Origin: Macrostomum hystrix | Taxonomy: Eukaryota > Animalia > Platyhelminthes | Assembly: GCA_950097015.1 (NCBI GenBank) | Contig: CATNEN010000001.1 | Span: forward strand, 20,956,001-21,020,000 | Length of the DNA stretch: 64,000 nucleotides | Direction: 5' to 3' | Shown: piece by piece, positions 24,600 through 38,059 of the stretch | Layout of the letters: each line of letters starts with the position of its first letter | How positions within the stretch are numbered: the stretch's first letter is position 1 | The notes under the pieces: model-generated | The model's database searches: none | Told to the model about the DNA's origin: nothing | Seen by the model: the letters and a program-made list of their open reading frames with translations, nothing else | Position numbers and translations under genes: made by a program

Positions 24600-26095
24600 G
24601 CAAGGTCGCTAAAGATCTGGTATCTCCCAGGAACGTGAAAAACTTCAAAATGAATGCGATACTTGAGAGCAATTAGAATAGCTGTACGCGTCAGCGCCTG
24701 AATGACTGGGGGCTTGGCAGAGCCCTTGCGCAGCATCCCTGCAACAGACGAATTGTCGGTATAGAAAACAACGTGACAGTTGGCCAAACGCTCGCTGAAC
24801 AGGATGATAAAAACCAAAGGCATCGCGCACTCCAAATAGTTTATATGCAGGCCTTGCAACGCGCCAGAAAAATCAGCAGCCCAGTCAACGAACATCCAGT
24901 CATTCTCTGCTCCATCCGAGATCACTGCAGCGCCACCTGTCAGGCAGGCGTCTGTCTCGACGACCAACCACTTGGCGAACTGCGGCCGCAGCTCGATTCC
25001 GTGCATCCAATTGGTCGCTGATCTCCAGAAACGCAACTGCTCCTCCAGTGGGCCTTCGACGCGCATTTTGTGATGAGGCAAAGTCAAGCTGTTGGTCAAG
25101 TTAATGAAGCTACGAAGTAAAGATCTACCAGCGCGGGCGACCTTGCAATACCAACCAATTTTGCCACAAAGCTTCTGCAGTTGCCTCTTATTGAGTCGCT
25201 TGCTGGCAGCTGCGGCATCCAGCAGGCTCTGTAAAGACTCGAGCTTCTCCTGCGGGAGAGTTAGTCGGCCGGCAGCCGTGTCGATGTGGATGCCGAGAAA
25301 AACCATAGACTGACTGGGTGGAGACACTTTCTCCCAGTTGATAGAAAAACCCAGGCGACGCAGAAGACTCAGGAGGGTATTGTAGGCCTCCTGGCAGGCA
25401 TCGAGGGTGCTGGCGGCAACGGCGAAATCGTCGAGGTAGTTGCAGATGACGTGATAACCACGGCGAATCATCATGCGCTTGACCGCTTCGGAGAGTCGGT
25501 GAAACACATTGATGCTGGCAGCGAACCCGAAGCCAAGACAGGTGTCCACGAGGTACCGGGACTCGCTCTCACCGCTGAAAGTCCATCGTAGACCCGTGCT
25601 CTGGTAGGCGTTAGCGCTGACTGGACAGGAGCGGTAGGCCTTGGCGAGGTCAACTTTAGCCATAAACCAGCCTGGTTTCAGCTTCTTGGTGAAAGAACTA
25701 ACGGTTGAAAAGCGAAGCTTCTTATCTTGCTTGAAGTACTCGTTGATGCTCCGGCCGCGGGGCAGGCTGGCGTCATGGATCAGGCGAAGACCGTCAGATG
25801 ACTTGGCCACGGCACCCAGCGGGCTGATGATGCGCGGCCTGTCTTCGACTAGCATGTACCTGCTGTTTTTCAGCTCATCCAAGATCATCTTCTCGACTTG
25901 CTCGCGATTTTCAGGACAGGTAGCGGATCTGTGATTATCTTCGCTAGCAGTTTGAATACCAGTCAGATTAGTTATTTCAAAGCCATCACGGAGACCCTTC
26001 AAAATGAAGTCGGCATCGGGATCGGATTGCAGCTCTTCTTCCCAAACAGCCAGCTTGTTGTGAAGGCCGGAGCAGAGCAGAGCGGCTTCAGACAT
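24600..26095 (-). CDS. DIRS/Ngaro-type (tyrosine-recombinase retroelement) RT-RNase H, cut at its C-terminus by the Gypsy insertion
   Basis: RLIHDAS, MAKVDLAKAYR, NYLDDF, FLGIHIDT, ETDAC, HINYLE, YTDNSSV; HVPGRYQIFSDLA abuts the LTR end at 24599. Confidence 0.88.
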
Positions 26096-26114
26096 TGCTT
26101 GAGGAGTTAAAAGG

Positions 26115-27120
26115 CTAAAAACAGGGAGCTGGGCCAGCTCGTTGGCGGTCCCCGATGGCGAGGGCCGCCCGCTGGCCGCCCCAATTAGTTTTTTGCAGGA
26201 TCTTGGCTAGTGCCTGACTCGTGGGCACTGGCCGGGTGGTTGCCCTTGCAGATTCGGCAGATGTGCTGGAAATGGCAGGCCTTGTGGAAGCACTTGTTGG
26301 CATTGAAATTGTTGCAGACTGCCGGCTTGGTTGAGTCTGATGAGATTTTACCTTTTGGAAACGCGATTCGTTGGTGTTGTCTGGTGCTAGCAGGTGCCTG
26401 GCCAGCAGCTGGAATGACTCGTTCGCCCATGGAAAGCTACTGTGCTGGTTGATGCGGTAGCTCTCGTCAAAGCGCATGATCTTGGCGGTTCCGAAGCCAG
26501 ACTCCGCCAGTTCGCTGATCTGGATGTTGTACTTCAGGTATTGCCTCAGTTCTGACACGTCCGGCCGGCCATCGGCACCCACTGTAACAAGCTGTCCTCT
26601 GTTCAGCATGCAGTCCAACACCTTCGCATTTCCAATAATCCACTGAGCCAGATTGATATTATCAGCGCATACAGACTTGTTGCCTTTAAACACCAAATCA
26701 CCTGAGCGACTGTGCAAAACGGTGTTCTCAGACGATCCTTCTCTGCTGAGGAAATCTGACACCAGCAGCGGCTTGGACGTCTTCGACCAGGGCTCCTGCG
26801 CCTGCGCATAATCTCCTTAATCACCATGCGTTAGAATAGTGTGGAGGTTATGTCGCCACTCACCAGAGCTATCTCCAGCGGGCTGCGGGGCGGCCGGGAG
26901 GGATCTGAGCTCGGCGCGCAGTGCAGCTTCCTCACGCTTCAGCTGCAGCAGTCGGATGCGCTGCTCCGTCGCTCGGATCTCCGCCTCCATGGCCTCATTG
27001 TCAGGTCCAATCGCTGCAGGGGGCCCGGCCGCGTTGCCGTTGGTCTCGCCGGATGTCCGAAGCAGTTCGTCGATCTGCGCCTGAAGGCTGGCTGCGTTGC
27101 TGGAGGCGCCCTAGTCATTT
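26115..27120 (-). pseudogene. DIRS-type gag, disrupted
   Basis: Coiled coil, KPLLVSDFL, and a C-terminal CNNFN...C....C.FQHICRICKGNH zinc finger; one stop at 26818-26820 and a frameshift near 26350. Confidence 0.75.
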
Positions 27121-28239
27121 TGCAGTGACAGAATGCGTTTGATTTTGCCGCTCTTATTGCCACGGGCGCGGTCTTGGGCACTGCAGCCAAGTGACTCCAA
27201 GTGTAGCTGATTGAACAGCTTTTTAAGTTCTGTCAGGATCAGGAGAGCCTTGGCAACGAGCATAAGAGATCCCTGAATTTTATTAACGCTAATTTAAATG
27301 GGTACAAACTAATTCACAGTTACTGTCAGGTCACTTCCGAGACTTTTAACATATGTAGGACAGTGTTTATGCACCATATGCACTGACCTACACACGGTCC
27401 TTCTCTTACTCTCTCCAATGTGCCGTTCAAACCTGAGCCCGAAAATAATGTACACTTTGGCCCTCCAATATTAAGTAATAACAGCTCACGCACTCTAAAC
27501 TTCAATACAATAAATATCGATGCTAAAGCCTCTGACTGGGTTTCATTCAGCTTGCAAATATCGCGGCCTTGACTTTACTACACTGTACATAAAATATATA
27601 AATTCACGTTAACGAATTCATATAGGCGATAATAATTATTTTATTTTTATAACAAGCATAGCATTGTTTATTTTCTTAACTATTAACTAATTGCACTCTG
27701 TATAGCTCTCCATTTTGGCCATTCTTGTTTTCTTGCTACAATCGCTGCATGCATATTACTTTTCGTTGCGATATAAAAGTTGCGTTTATCCACGTCTTAA
27801 GCTGTATAAAGTATATTCGACGAGTAAATAATCCGTCTCTCAGTAAAAAATCATTTTACTGCTTTCAAAACGTCTGAATTAAACTTTTTTCTATAGCAAA
27901 CTGCACAGATGCTTAGGCATCAAGAACAGCAAAGATCTGTCAGTTAACAGTGAGTTAGTCAATCAATCATGCTTTTATTTATCTCAGATGGCAGCACAAG
28001 CTCCAGTACATTCAGATCAAGAATCTTGCCTTTCCTTGACCTGCTTGATAGGGGTATGGTGGGTAAGAGAGTTGTCGGTTAGCTTGTTGATTTTAGATTA
28101 AATAGCACTATCTGAAATTAAACCTATCTTATTTGGGTCAGTTCTTCAGTATGTGCGACAATACAGCATATCTGAATGCTGCACATGGCTGTTCAGTCCA
28201 TGGACTGAGGGATGCCACACCCACCATCAGTTCCCCTTG

Positions 28240-28630
28240 CTAATACATGTATTAGTACCCATTTTACAGCTGGGTTGTAGCCCGTCCGTTAGAGCGTCGG
28301 ACTCATGACTTGAAAGTCGGGGGTTCGATTCCTGACTCCTGTTACAATTTGTCTCTAATCAAGGCACTTGATGGTGGGCGTGGCCTCCCCCCGGTCCATA
28401 GACTGTATAGCCGCACACAGTCTTCAGATGCAACACGAAATAGCTGCAGCTGTGCTGTCGGCTGCACATCTGGCCCAATCGGACAGGTGTAGCCAATTAT
28501 TGTATTATTGCTATTTTTATAGCTGGGTGAGCTGAAGCAACTCAGTTGAGTGCCTTGCTAAAGGGCATAAATAGCACCAGTAGAGTTGGGAATCAAACCC
28601 CCAACCCTAAAGTTTAGAGTCTGATGCTTG
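28240..28630. mobile_element. Nested tRNA-derived SINEs (plus-strand head at 28272-28340 inside a minus-strand copy)
   Basis: A box TAGCCCGTCCGTTAGAGCG and B box GGTTCGATTCC; flanks match the SINE body at 33310-33440. Confidence 0.65.
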
Positions 28631-29593
28631 AAGAATTTGAGAACTGCAACTTGTGATAATACATATTTAATAACATACATAACATATAGCTAAATATTTT
28701 AGCTAGCAACATCAAAGTCAATAATTCGTATTAATTGCCACAGATAACAAGAGAATATGGTTCTTTAAGAAAAAAAATTTAAAGCTGAAATTGTTTCATT
28801 CTGCTTTCCAGCTTCTGCCATGTCACCTGCTAAATCGCCTACTAAACGATCCCATGTGAATGTGACACATAGAAGCAGGAGTCATAGTGGTAGGCCTCAA
28901 AAACAGCCACAGCGATTCATGGACCGCGGAAGTTCTGATAGGCTAACCTTATTCACGTTTTTCATTTGACGAACGAAGACATATTGTTCATTTGAGCTAC
29001 GCAGCTGTCATTCATAGACGAAACACTGCGCACAAATCCAAGAAATATGAAATTTTTTGTCGACTACCCACTAAAGCTACACGATGGCCTTTTTGAAGCT
29101 GACCAGTTCACCGCGGAGATTGCAGAGGAAGATCAGAGGTGCTCCATGCTGCAGGGGCTTGAAGAGCCTGCGCCTTAGTCGAGCACGAACAGCCACACAA
29201 GTTAGTCGGCCAGGTGGTTGAAATTGGATCGCTACTTGTTCCATGGAGGCACTGACTCGCAAGATCGAGAAAATGATGTTAGAGCAGAGCGCTAAGCAGG
29301 ACCGTACAATGCGTGCAATCTAGTCCAAAGTGACAGCCATCCAACGTTTCATGTCGCCTGATAAACCAACGTGCAAGGATTTCGAATATTGCAACATTTG
29401 TTGCTAATTATGATTGCCAGATAAGCTGTCTGCGCTTTTCCATTTGAATCCAAACGTCTTTCTTCGGAAGTACGTGACTGGCAAGTACGGAAATTCGTAT
29501 CTGAGGGACCATGTGTTCGATGCCAACGCTGCTAAGACCAAGCGCATCGCTGCATCTGACAAGGTGAACTAAAGCAGCTACTAACTGGCTGCT

Positions 29594-29794
29594 ATGACAT
29601 ACACCCGAGCAAGTTTTCTAGCACTTGGGCGCGCTAGGGATAGTCTGAATAGGGCTGGAAGGGAGAAACTAAACTTTCACATGTTGCAGCATATTGCACA
29701 GCAGTATGGAGATACAGGCCGAATTTACCACACTTCGATGTTCTGTTTTGAGAACAGCTTCTCACTGTTTAAACAGTTTATGCTGGCCAAATAA
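29594..29794 (+). pseudogene. Relic of a third EnSpm-type transposase
   Basis: NFHMLQH...G....SMFCFEN matches the H-x3-H and catalytic Glu region of CMC transposases. Confidence 0.6.
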
Positions 29795-30786
29795 TACGAA
29801 AACACACGAATCTGCCTATCCTACATGCTCACCTAACGACTGTCTCGCAATCATCCGCTAAAGTTCGAGCAGCCTTTTCGCATATTGAGTTGTCATCGTC
29901 GTCACACTCGACTCGTATTCTATCTGAAGACACAGCTATCTGACACGTCAAGGCGCTGCATTCTGAATCGTACGACCAGTTTCCAGCAGCAGCTGCGTTC
30001 TTCTTTCTGATGGCAAATTTGGCTTCGTTCAGGCGTTCCGCCATCCATCAACTGCTACAAAAAAATTGCCAGACTGGTGAAGAAAACAATATGCTATATG
30101 CTCATATGATGTGAGCTGCACATGTGCGACGTTCAATTATTATGTGATCGACTCTGGTTCTGCAGATTACAGAACTGTTGCCCTTAGTGATATTTCGTTC
30201 AGGTGCTCGTTAATGCCTGTCTCCTCATCTGCGGAGTCCAATCTCCTATTTCACGTATGCATGCCATTTGATTGAATTCGATGAATTCAGTTAAATAATC
30301 TTCCAGTCTTGCAGAAGCCACCTGCTCAAAGCGTGCCAATTTATCTACCTGCCCCAAATTTTTGCAGAAGGCACCCGCTCAACGCGTGTCAATTAGTATA
30401 CTTTTGTGCTGTGATTTGCTTCTTTTACTCATCCAAATAAACAAAAAATACAACAAAATAATTTTTTAACTTATTGTTGGCTATATTGCTATGTGCGCCT
30501 GGCTCCCTCTCACTAATTTGTTCGTGCCTCACATGTGTGTCTTATACTTTTTATTGTACGTGTCTACCTTGCTGATCGCGGATTGCTAATATCGATATAT
30601 ATACATCGTAGCTCAATACCATCGTCAAACCAACACTTACATTTACCGTTAATTTTTTGTATCTATTACTTACAGTTATGTACGTTTTTAGTGCCTTACT
30701 AGCAAGTTTTGCACCTTCGCGGAGCAGAAATATTTTTAATTCGTCTAGTATATACTTTTTAGCAGCAGTATTTTCAGCTTTTTTAA

Positions 30787-31090
30787 AGTTGACAATGATC
30801 CCTCAGTTGACAATGATCCCGCATTTGAAAATGATCTCCCAGCCAGTTGACAATGATCTCCCAGTTGACAATGATCGCCCAGTTGACAATGATCCCCGAT
30901 TTCACAATGATCTCCCAGTTGACAACGATCGCCCAGTTGACAATGATCTCCCAGTTAATGATGATCATCCAGTTGACAACGATCCCCCAGATGACAATGA
31001 TCCCCCAGTTGACAATGATCCCCCAGTTAATCACCCAGTTGACAATGATCCCCCATTTGACAATGATGTCCCAGTTGACAATGATCGCCT
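30787..31090. repeat. 18-bp minisatellite (CCCAGTTGACAATGATC), ~16 copies
   Basis: Direct reading of the sequence. Confidence 0.9.
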
Positions 31091-33309
31091 GGGGATCAGA
31101 TAACAATAGATTATAGATAATCTATTAGATAGATTTAGTATATAAGATCGTTGAATTGAATTCTGCTATGCACATTTTACAAATTCAACTCAAACACAAA
31201 CACACACACACACACGGGTGAGAAAAGCTGTAATGTAATCGATTTACAAATTCGAACTGACTGTCTCGCCAGTAGGTTGACACAGCTATGTACATTTGAC
31301 ACAGTGAAATTCTTATCAATGTACTCACTTTTAACAAAACTAGCCCTGATGCAATCATTAAAGTTGTGTGACGTTGTCACTTTCTGCAAGAGCCCCTATG
31401 AAGTTTAAATTTTTGTGGTACTAAATTGGGCCGTTTAACAAATGTAATTACGCTGTCACCAACTTTGCAATTCCGTGCATTTCTTAGATTGTTACTGTAA
31501 GTAAACGCCAACGCACATCGCGCTATCCCTAAACTTATCTCGCAGTTGCATTAGTGTCAATCCCCAGCCAATGAGCGTGCGAGCTCTGGCTGGCGAGAAT
31601 TATCGATCGCCCTGTTTTTCAGACTGTCTAGCTTATTTAACTAGGGCCCCTGAGCCCACACGCGCTCCACTGTCCTTTTCCGCTCGCGTCACTGCATTTG
31701 TCCCGGCCACTGTTACTTTCACCTGTCGTGTTCCCTACCACTTACACTGCCGCTACCTTTTCACTGTCACTATTTGTGCTGCCTTAATGCGGCCGCTACT
31801 GGATACTTCTTTGCCTACTCTCGGCATCATAACTGTTTGTTCTCACCGAGCTCCTGCACCTGACTTTAATTACCTATATTGCTTGTCAAATGTTTGTCAA
31901 ATAAATAAAGAAATTAATAGTGCTACCGCTACACCGAGTTACGTTACACGATACGCTGGACTATAACTGGAAATCCTAAATCACCGACTTACTTGATTTG
32001 TCTTCTATATCGTCACAGTTGGCATTGGAATGCACGTTGACAAAACTGGCTCTGATTGAATGCATTAAAAATCCTATTTAAAAGAGTTTTTTGAATATTC
32101 AATCCCCTTAGCAATAAAGTTAAGCATAATAAAAATACCTGCATAATTGCACCCGTATATGCACGTTAGGCGGTATAGATCACGGCGAAAACCGCCTAAA
32201 AGGCGGTCCATATCATGCTATATGATATCGTAGCATGATATAGACCGCCTTTTTAACCGCATGAAGGCCTTTTACGGCACAAATTTGAACAGCCGTTTCT
32301 GCTTATTTTTTAGTTTACTAATTCAAAATATCGATTTTACTACTTTTTAGTAACAACAATTTTAGTGTCACTAGAAAAATATTTCAATGGCTTAGTAAAA
32401 GTGCTAACAGGTTATATAAATTTATGTAAGCCTAGGGCCTTGCTGTTTATTATTATTAATTTCGAAATCATTGAAATATTAGAAAGTCGCGTCATTATTG
32501 TATATTACATATTAGTCCATTAGAACTCGAGAACAATAAGACTAAAGTTTAAAAGCATGGCAGGAATAGGATGGCGCTGTTTGTAGCTAGGCCTATGCCC
32601 TAGTTTAAGATAGAAATAATCTAGTAAAGCTTAAAACCTATGCTAGCTGTATATTGAGCAGGCATAATAATTAGATAACGAGAGCGAGAGAAACTGGGCG
32701 GAGTAAACAAGAAAAGTGCGGAGAATGAAGGAGTGTATGCTTAATTATTTTTAAGTTCAAACTCTGATCAATTTAATCACCAAGCTCAACTACGCCACAG
32801 TAATGGTTGCCAAAATGTTGGGGGACGTTCCTGCAATGGTTCCCATTGTCGTGTAATACGATACTGGGTGCAAACTGGCTGGTCGGTTCAACGACACTCG
32901 GTTTTCATTCGCGATACCGGCGTTTCATACCTACGGGCACGTTCTGCGCTGTCAACTGACGTATGGAATTCGTTCGGTGCGAATTTCTAAATTACCTTGT
33001 TGACAGCATGAATTTTGACTGCATTACAAATATAAGTATGGAAGTTATATCCGCTGATTAATTATTTGCATTAATATATTTCTCCATAGAATATTGAATT
33101 GATATCTTATTGGGCCTTATTGTTCTCGTAACAAATATAGTTGCTAAAATTTCACGTGAAAAATGCGGCAAGCAATTTACGCTACACATTTTTTTTTTCA
33201 GCGACCTGGCTGAGTCACCGCTGAACAGTCGAAAAGAAGGCCGTGCAACAATTCGAAGCTGGCTTTGCTGCATTTCAAGCGCATCACAATGTGCACAGTG
33301 AGTCCTGAC

Positions 33310-33439
33310 TCATTCCCCATTTTGACAGCTGGGTGAACTGAAGCAAAGCAGAGTTACGTGTCTTGCTAAAGGATACAAATTGTAACCACCGACCTTCAAG
33401 TTTTGAGTCCGACGCTCTAACCACCAGGCTACAACCCCA
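33310..33439 (-). mobile_element. tRNA-derived SINE
   Basis: Minus strand GGGGTTGTAGCCTGGTGGTTAGAGCGTCGGACTC... followed by a CORE-like CCCAGCTGTCAAAATGGGG. Confidence 0.65.
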
Positions 33440-33490
33440 TCATTAAATATTAATAATATATTACATTAAATATCCGCTGTATCTCTATTA

Positions 33491-34146
33491 ATGACTCTTG
33501 AAGAATTCCTTCAAGAGACAGCCGATTGGAGGCAAGAGCTGATCAATGTGCTATCAGCGCGTGAGTCATCCTCGCCCAAGTCTGAGACTATCCGAAAACT
33601 ATTTGGCATTGCCTGCGAGCGGCAGTATCTACTCGAACATGCGGCAACAGAGCGTGGTCAGCGTATGAGCAGGCTACTTCGAGTGGCGACAGACAAGCTG
33701 CTCCGCAAGACAAATATAGTCTGTTCAATGTTTAACAACAAAAATCCAAGGGACCTACTTGATTGGAATGACTTAATTTCGACAGACGCCTCTGGCTTCG
33801 TGCAGCTTATAAATGGAGGCACTGTCGGTGTCGAGGTCCCAACTCACAAGGTGCAAGCCGTAAAAGTTCGCGATCTGTACCTTCGATGCTCGGAAGAATC
33901 GCGCCTGGTGACTTTAGAGGCAGTGTTTATAACTTTCTTTCTGCTGCCGTTCTAACCGTGACCTCAGAGTTGCAAGCCGCTCGAGATAGCAACAGCCCAC
34001 TCACTGCGGTATTATCTCTTCGGCTAAGTGGTATATTGCGCTTACGCCATGCTCATGAAGCCGCTTTCCCGTTTGGAGCAATGGCAGAGACACAACCGGA
34101 TTCTGAGTCGTCCGATTCTCATGACAGTGAATCGGACAATTCGTAA
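33491..34146 (+). CDS. Unknown ORF(s), probably transposon-derived
   Basis: 154-aa ORF plus an overlapping 86-aa ORF with an acidic tail; no motif recognised. Confidence 0.25.
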
Positions 34147-34802
34147 TCTGACAGTGAGGATGACGCCGAGTTTTCTTAACGATTCCATCATAATGGAGTC
34201 ATCTTCAGTAACAATTTTCTGCTGTCAAAATTTCTCCTGAGAAGCAGCTTGCTGTTTTGTTTATTGTTAATACTATTGAAACAAAACTTTTCAGCCACGA
34301 ATTTCTGCATTAATTTTTTTCCCAAGCTATGCACGACCCAACCTCTATAATCTCCGGAAAGCCGTCAGCACATCCCGCCACAAAGACATCTGTCTCTCGG
34401 CCAATGAGAGAGCGCCGTTTTCCTATCCCATCTCCCCATACTCCCCATCTGCTTCCCTATACGCCTTCAGACCCGTCTCCACAGTATATCGCGTTTTATC
34501 ATCATAATTTGAGCTGTGGAATGTTTCATTTTTCTTCTGGCTCTTCCTTAACATCCCTTCCCCAGCTTCCTCCAACCCTCATCGATTTTACGTGAGAATT
34601 CCGCGCATAGGTTTCTGGCACAGTGCCCAGTTAATAAATAAAGCCGAATGATTTGATGTACGGCTTTTTCCTATTTCTAAAGCACTTTGCTAATTGCTCA
34701 TCCTGCATTAATCACTACTGAGACAATTACTATTGTTAAACCAGACGATCACTCAGTCTGACCTTTCACTCAGGTCCAATCGAGTTATTATGTGCAAGCT
34801 GT

Positions 34803-37121
34803 TGAAATAGTTAGGGGTTTGCAATCCGATGGTCTGTCCTCGTGAAGGAAAGGAGTGTGGGGATGGCGATAGAGTCAGAAGTCGTACCGCAAAGTCTCGC
34901 GAGTTGTCGCGTAAAGAGGGATGAAGGGAGAGATGAAGGGAGAGACAGGATGCAGGGAGTGGTCCTCTCGGCCTCAGGCTGGCCAGTCCCACTCAACCCA
35001 TAGGCCACAGGCATGACTGCCGTGCCTACCCCAAGCAGTGCTCGAAACCGGCTAAAAGCCTAAATAGATGTCGGACTACCCGCAAGCGGATAGGACAGGC
35101 TAGGTAGCCTACTGTCATCAGTAGCATGTTCGTAACTGACTCCTAACCTTGGTAGCAGTGGTCGACTCGGCCTAGGCTCTTGTCTTAGAAATGCGGAAAG
35201 GCTATCGGCAAAGCGGAAAATGATCTAGGGTAGCGCCACCACCCAATGCGCCTGCGTTGCCACCGCAGACATTTGGGAACTTGGGTCCCCGGAGCTCGCA
35301 GCTCCTAGTTTGTCGCACAGATCTTAGACAAGCCGAAAAATAGAGCCTTCTGTAACTTCCGTTTTAGACTAGGGTGAAGACCCCAGAATGGATCGAGACA
35401 CGCCTCACCAGGGGGATTCCTGAATTTGCGCTACAGTGGTCTAGAAAGGTGGTACTCAGAACCTGAATGAGAAATCCATAGCCAGAATCCTACTCATGGG
35501 GTAGCAGACACATTCTGTACATTAGACTGCAGCCTACACATTAGATAACTAGCAATCCGAGTCTGTGTGAGTTGAGGAAAACAGAGGCAGGAGAGATTAA
35601 GCTGAACACTGGCTGAGTGATTATGCAAGCGCAAGATTAATTGAACATCACTCTCGTTCCCGTGGCCGCAGGTGCGAAAGGGGGACAGCGGGAAAACTCC
35701 ATTGGAAAGGGAGTTCGACACGTACCTTGAACCCACCCAAGAGGGAGAAGGAAAACCGGCCAAGGATTCCCCCAACCCCCTGGAAAGGAAATGCACATGC
35801 TACCCTCCGCATTTACTTACAAATCCCTAGCTCCATATTACTCTCATGCGCGCTTACAATTGCCTTCCCGCCGCAGCTTCCAGCTCGGCTGTGCCAGAGC
35901 CCATTCCCCTAATAGATTAGCCACTCATGGTAGAGGGCTGTCTAAGGTTAAAATAAAGAGAAAGTAATAGCATGGCGGAAGGATTTAAATTGTTATTAAA
36001 TTGGCCTAATGTTTGAATAATTGGCTAGTAATTACTGCTTTTATTAGGCTAGATAAATCCCTCGCCCAAGCCCGTAGCTTCCGCCTAGACTAAAGAAAGG
36101 TCCCTTAGGACTAACAATGGTAAGACCGCAGCGCGGGTTACTTAACTGATGTCGCTTCGGCCGCGTGCTGCAATCCCGTTGTTCTCGGGGGGAGAGGATG
36201 GGCAAAAGACAGCAAGGGCCGGGAAGGGAAAGATGCTGCGAGTCGGCAGGGGCCCACACGCTTGGAGCTCAAGGCTCAATTTAACGGCTCACCTAAAGAG
36301 GTGGCTCGCGCTCAGGGGGAATGGGGACAGGCAATGGGCCTGCGCTAACTGTGGAGCTATGAGCTCTAGGGTCTATGCCCTAAGTGGGTCCGGAAAGGTG
36401 CTCTGGGTCCGGTGGGAGTCCGGCCCGGCAAAAGTAAGTCCGGCAGGGAAGAAGGGGAAGAGCCGGTTGGAGAAAGGAGGTCCTAGAGGGAGCAGCGCAG
36501 CGCGCTTGCTTAAATAGGCCTTGCAGCACGCCAACCCCGACATCCATCAAAGCAACCCACATTCGCGCCCGCCTGTCAACGGGGAATCGAAGCGACGACA
36601 GGCCGCCCCAATTGCCCAATGAACCGGCGGCGGGAAACGACAGGTGCTCATCGAGAGCAGCCATCGGCAGACGGCCCACAATTGTTACTCCGACGGGACA
36701 ATGGAAGCGCGGGCGCCGACCTGCCTACAGTGACATTTACGAGAATCTACAAGGGGGAGATCATAAAGTCGAGCTGGGCTCGAATACTGTAAAGAAGAGG
36801 GGACATGAAGAATTTAATGATCACTCATAACGCGCGAGTGAGCCCCTATATCTGATCGCGGTTTGGAGGGGAATTATGACCTAAACTAGTTCATACAGTA
36901 ACATTATGGCCGCGATCAGTCATTCCTACGGGGAGTCTAGACACTCCGGAGAGAGAGGATTCGACAGCTACTTGATTCACCGCCGCCCCAAACCCGGCCC
37001 TAAGATTAATGATCTTGTTTTGCGGCCAGCTGCTATGTGGGTCGCGATTATTATTGCCTAAAAAATGAAAAATTCTGCTGGCTCACATTCCCACTCGATT
37101 CCCACAGCACACTCCACAACA
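34803..37121. mobile_element. Long solo LTR, copy A (2.3 kb)
   Basis: TG...CA ends; colinear over its full length with 38359-40666; flanks CTGT and GTGT (TSD with one mismatch). Confidence 0.65.
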
Positions 37122-38059
37122 GTGTTCATATGCCTTTTTACTATATTTTTTCTAGATGGAAGTCCCTCCAAACCTCGTCTCTACGTTTTATGCGTTTTGC
37201 CTGGTCCAAGTCGTTGAAAGCACCAAAAATTCCAAAAATATTTTAGCACGAAAAAATATTTTCGATATGGTCACATTTAGGAGTCTACTTTTTATATATG
37301 TCAGCATTTTTATATGAAACTATACACTTTTTCAAATACTAGCTGATGCATTTTTGCTTGTACAACATTTCTACAAGTCAAAACCCAGGTTAACAATAGA
37401 TTACGTTTAAATAAGAAAATTTAGGCGTTTTCTAGATATTCTATATTTTTTTACTGATCTGCCGAAAGGGAAATTCTAACTGTCGGAGATAATTCTGTCA
37501 AAGACGATAGTACTTGTAGTCACATAAAATGATAAATCTTGAGCAAAAAAGTCAACCAGTTAAGAACAGCAAGCCTAGCAAAACAGTCTGTAGCTAGTGT
37601 TGAAAACAAATGAATATGCTCAGTTTATAGTAGAAGAAACATCCAGCAGAGTTAGAAAGACAGGCAAGCAAGCAGAAGGGCATATAATAAAATGTATACA
37701 AGCATAACACATTGTAGATGTGAATAGTTACATACAACTGCTAAATTAGCGGCAAGGTAATACTTTGGTCAAAATGTCACACGATGCGCCTCTGTGCATA
37801 GAAACAAATGAAAGCTGCACTGGCAGTCTGGAGAACCAGTGTTAGGCAACGGGCAGTCAGAAAACTCAGAAGCACAATCGCCAATCTTGAAGGCAGCAAA
37901 GCAGGTCAACCTCTGCTTGATGTCGTCTGAAAAGCAGCTAGAGCACAACCTCATTGTGCCTGCTGGCGACCAAAAAACCAACACCTGCCACAAGCAACCA
38001 GCCAGTCACTTGGTGGATCAATTGGCCTCTAAAATACAGGCCAGGCCAGTACAGGCCAA

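Noticed and set aside
26784-26863. Intron in DIRS gag
   Set aside because: Splicing would shift the frame; the unspliced frame is continuous apart from one stop codon.
28272-28340. tRNA-Met gene
   Set aside because: Anticodon and acceptor stems pair poorly, and the same head recurs at 33439 attached to a SINE body.
30657-31116. Repetitive proteins (PVDND and related)
   Set aside because: Translations of an 18-bp minisatellite.
31490-32017. Solo LTR
   Set aside because: TG...CA ends, a TATA-like box and AATAAA are present, but there is no convincing TSD or second copy.
34803-37121. Hammerhead ribozyme (retrozyme) in the long LTRs
   Set aside because: A minus-strand CTGATGA at about 35116-35122 is not conserved in copy B, and no complete fold was found by eye.
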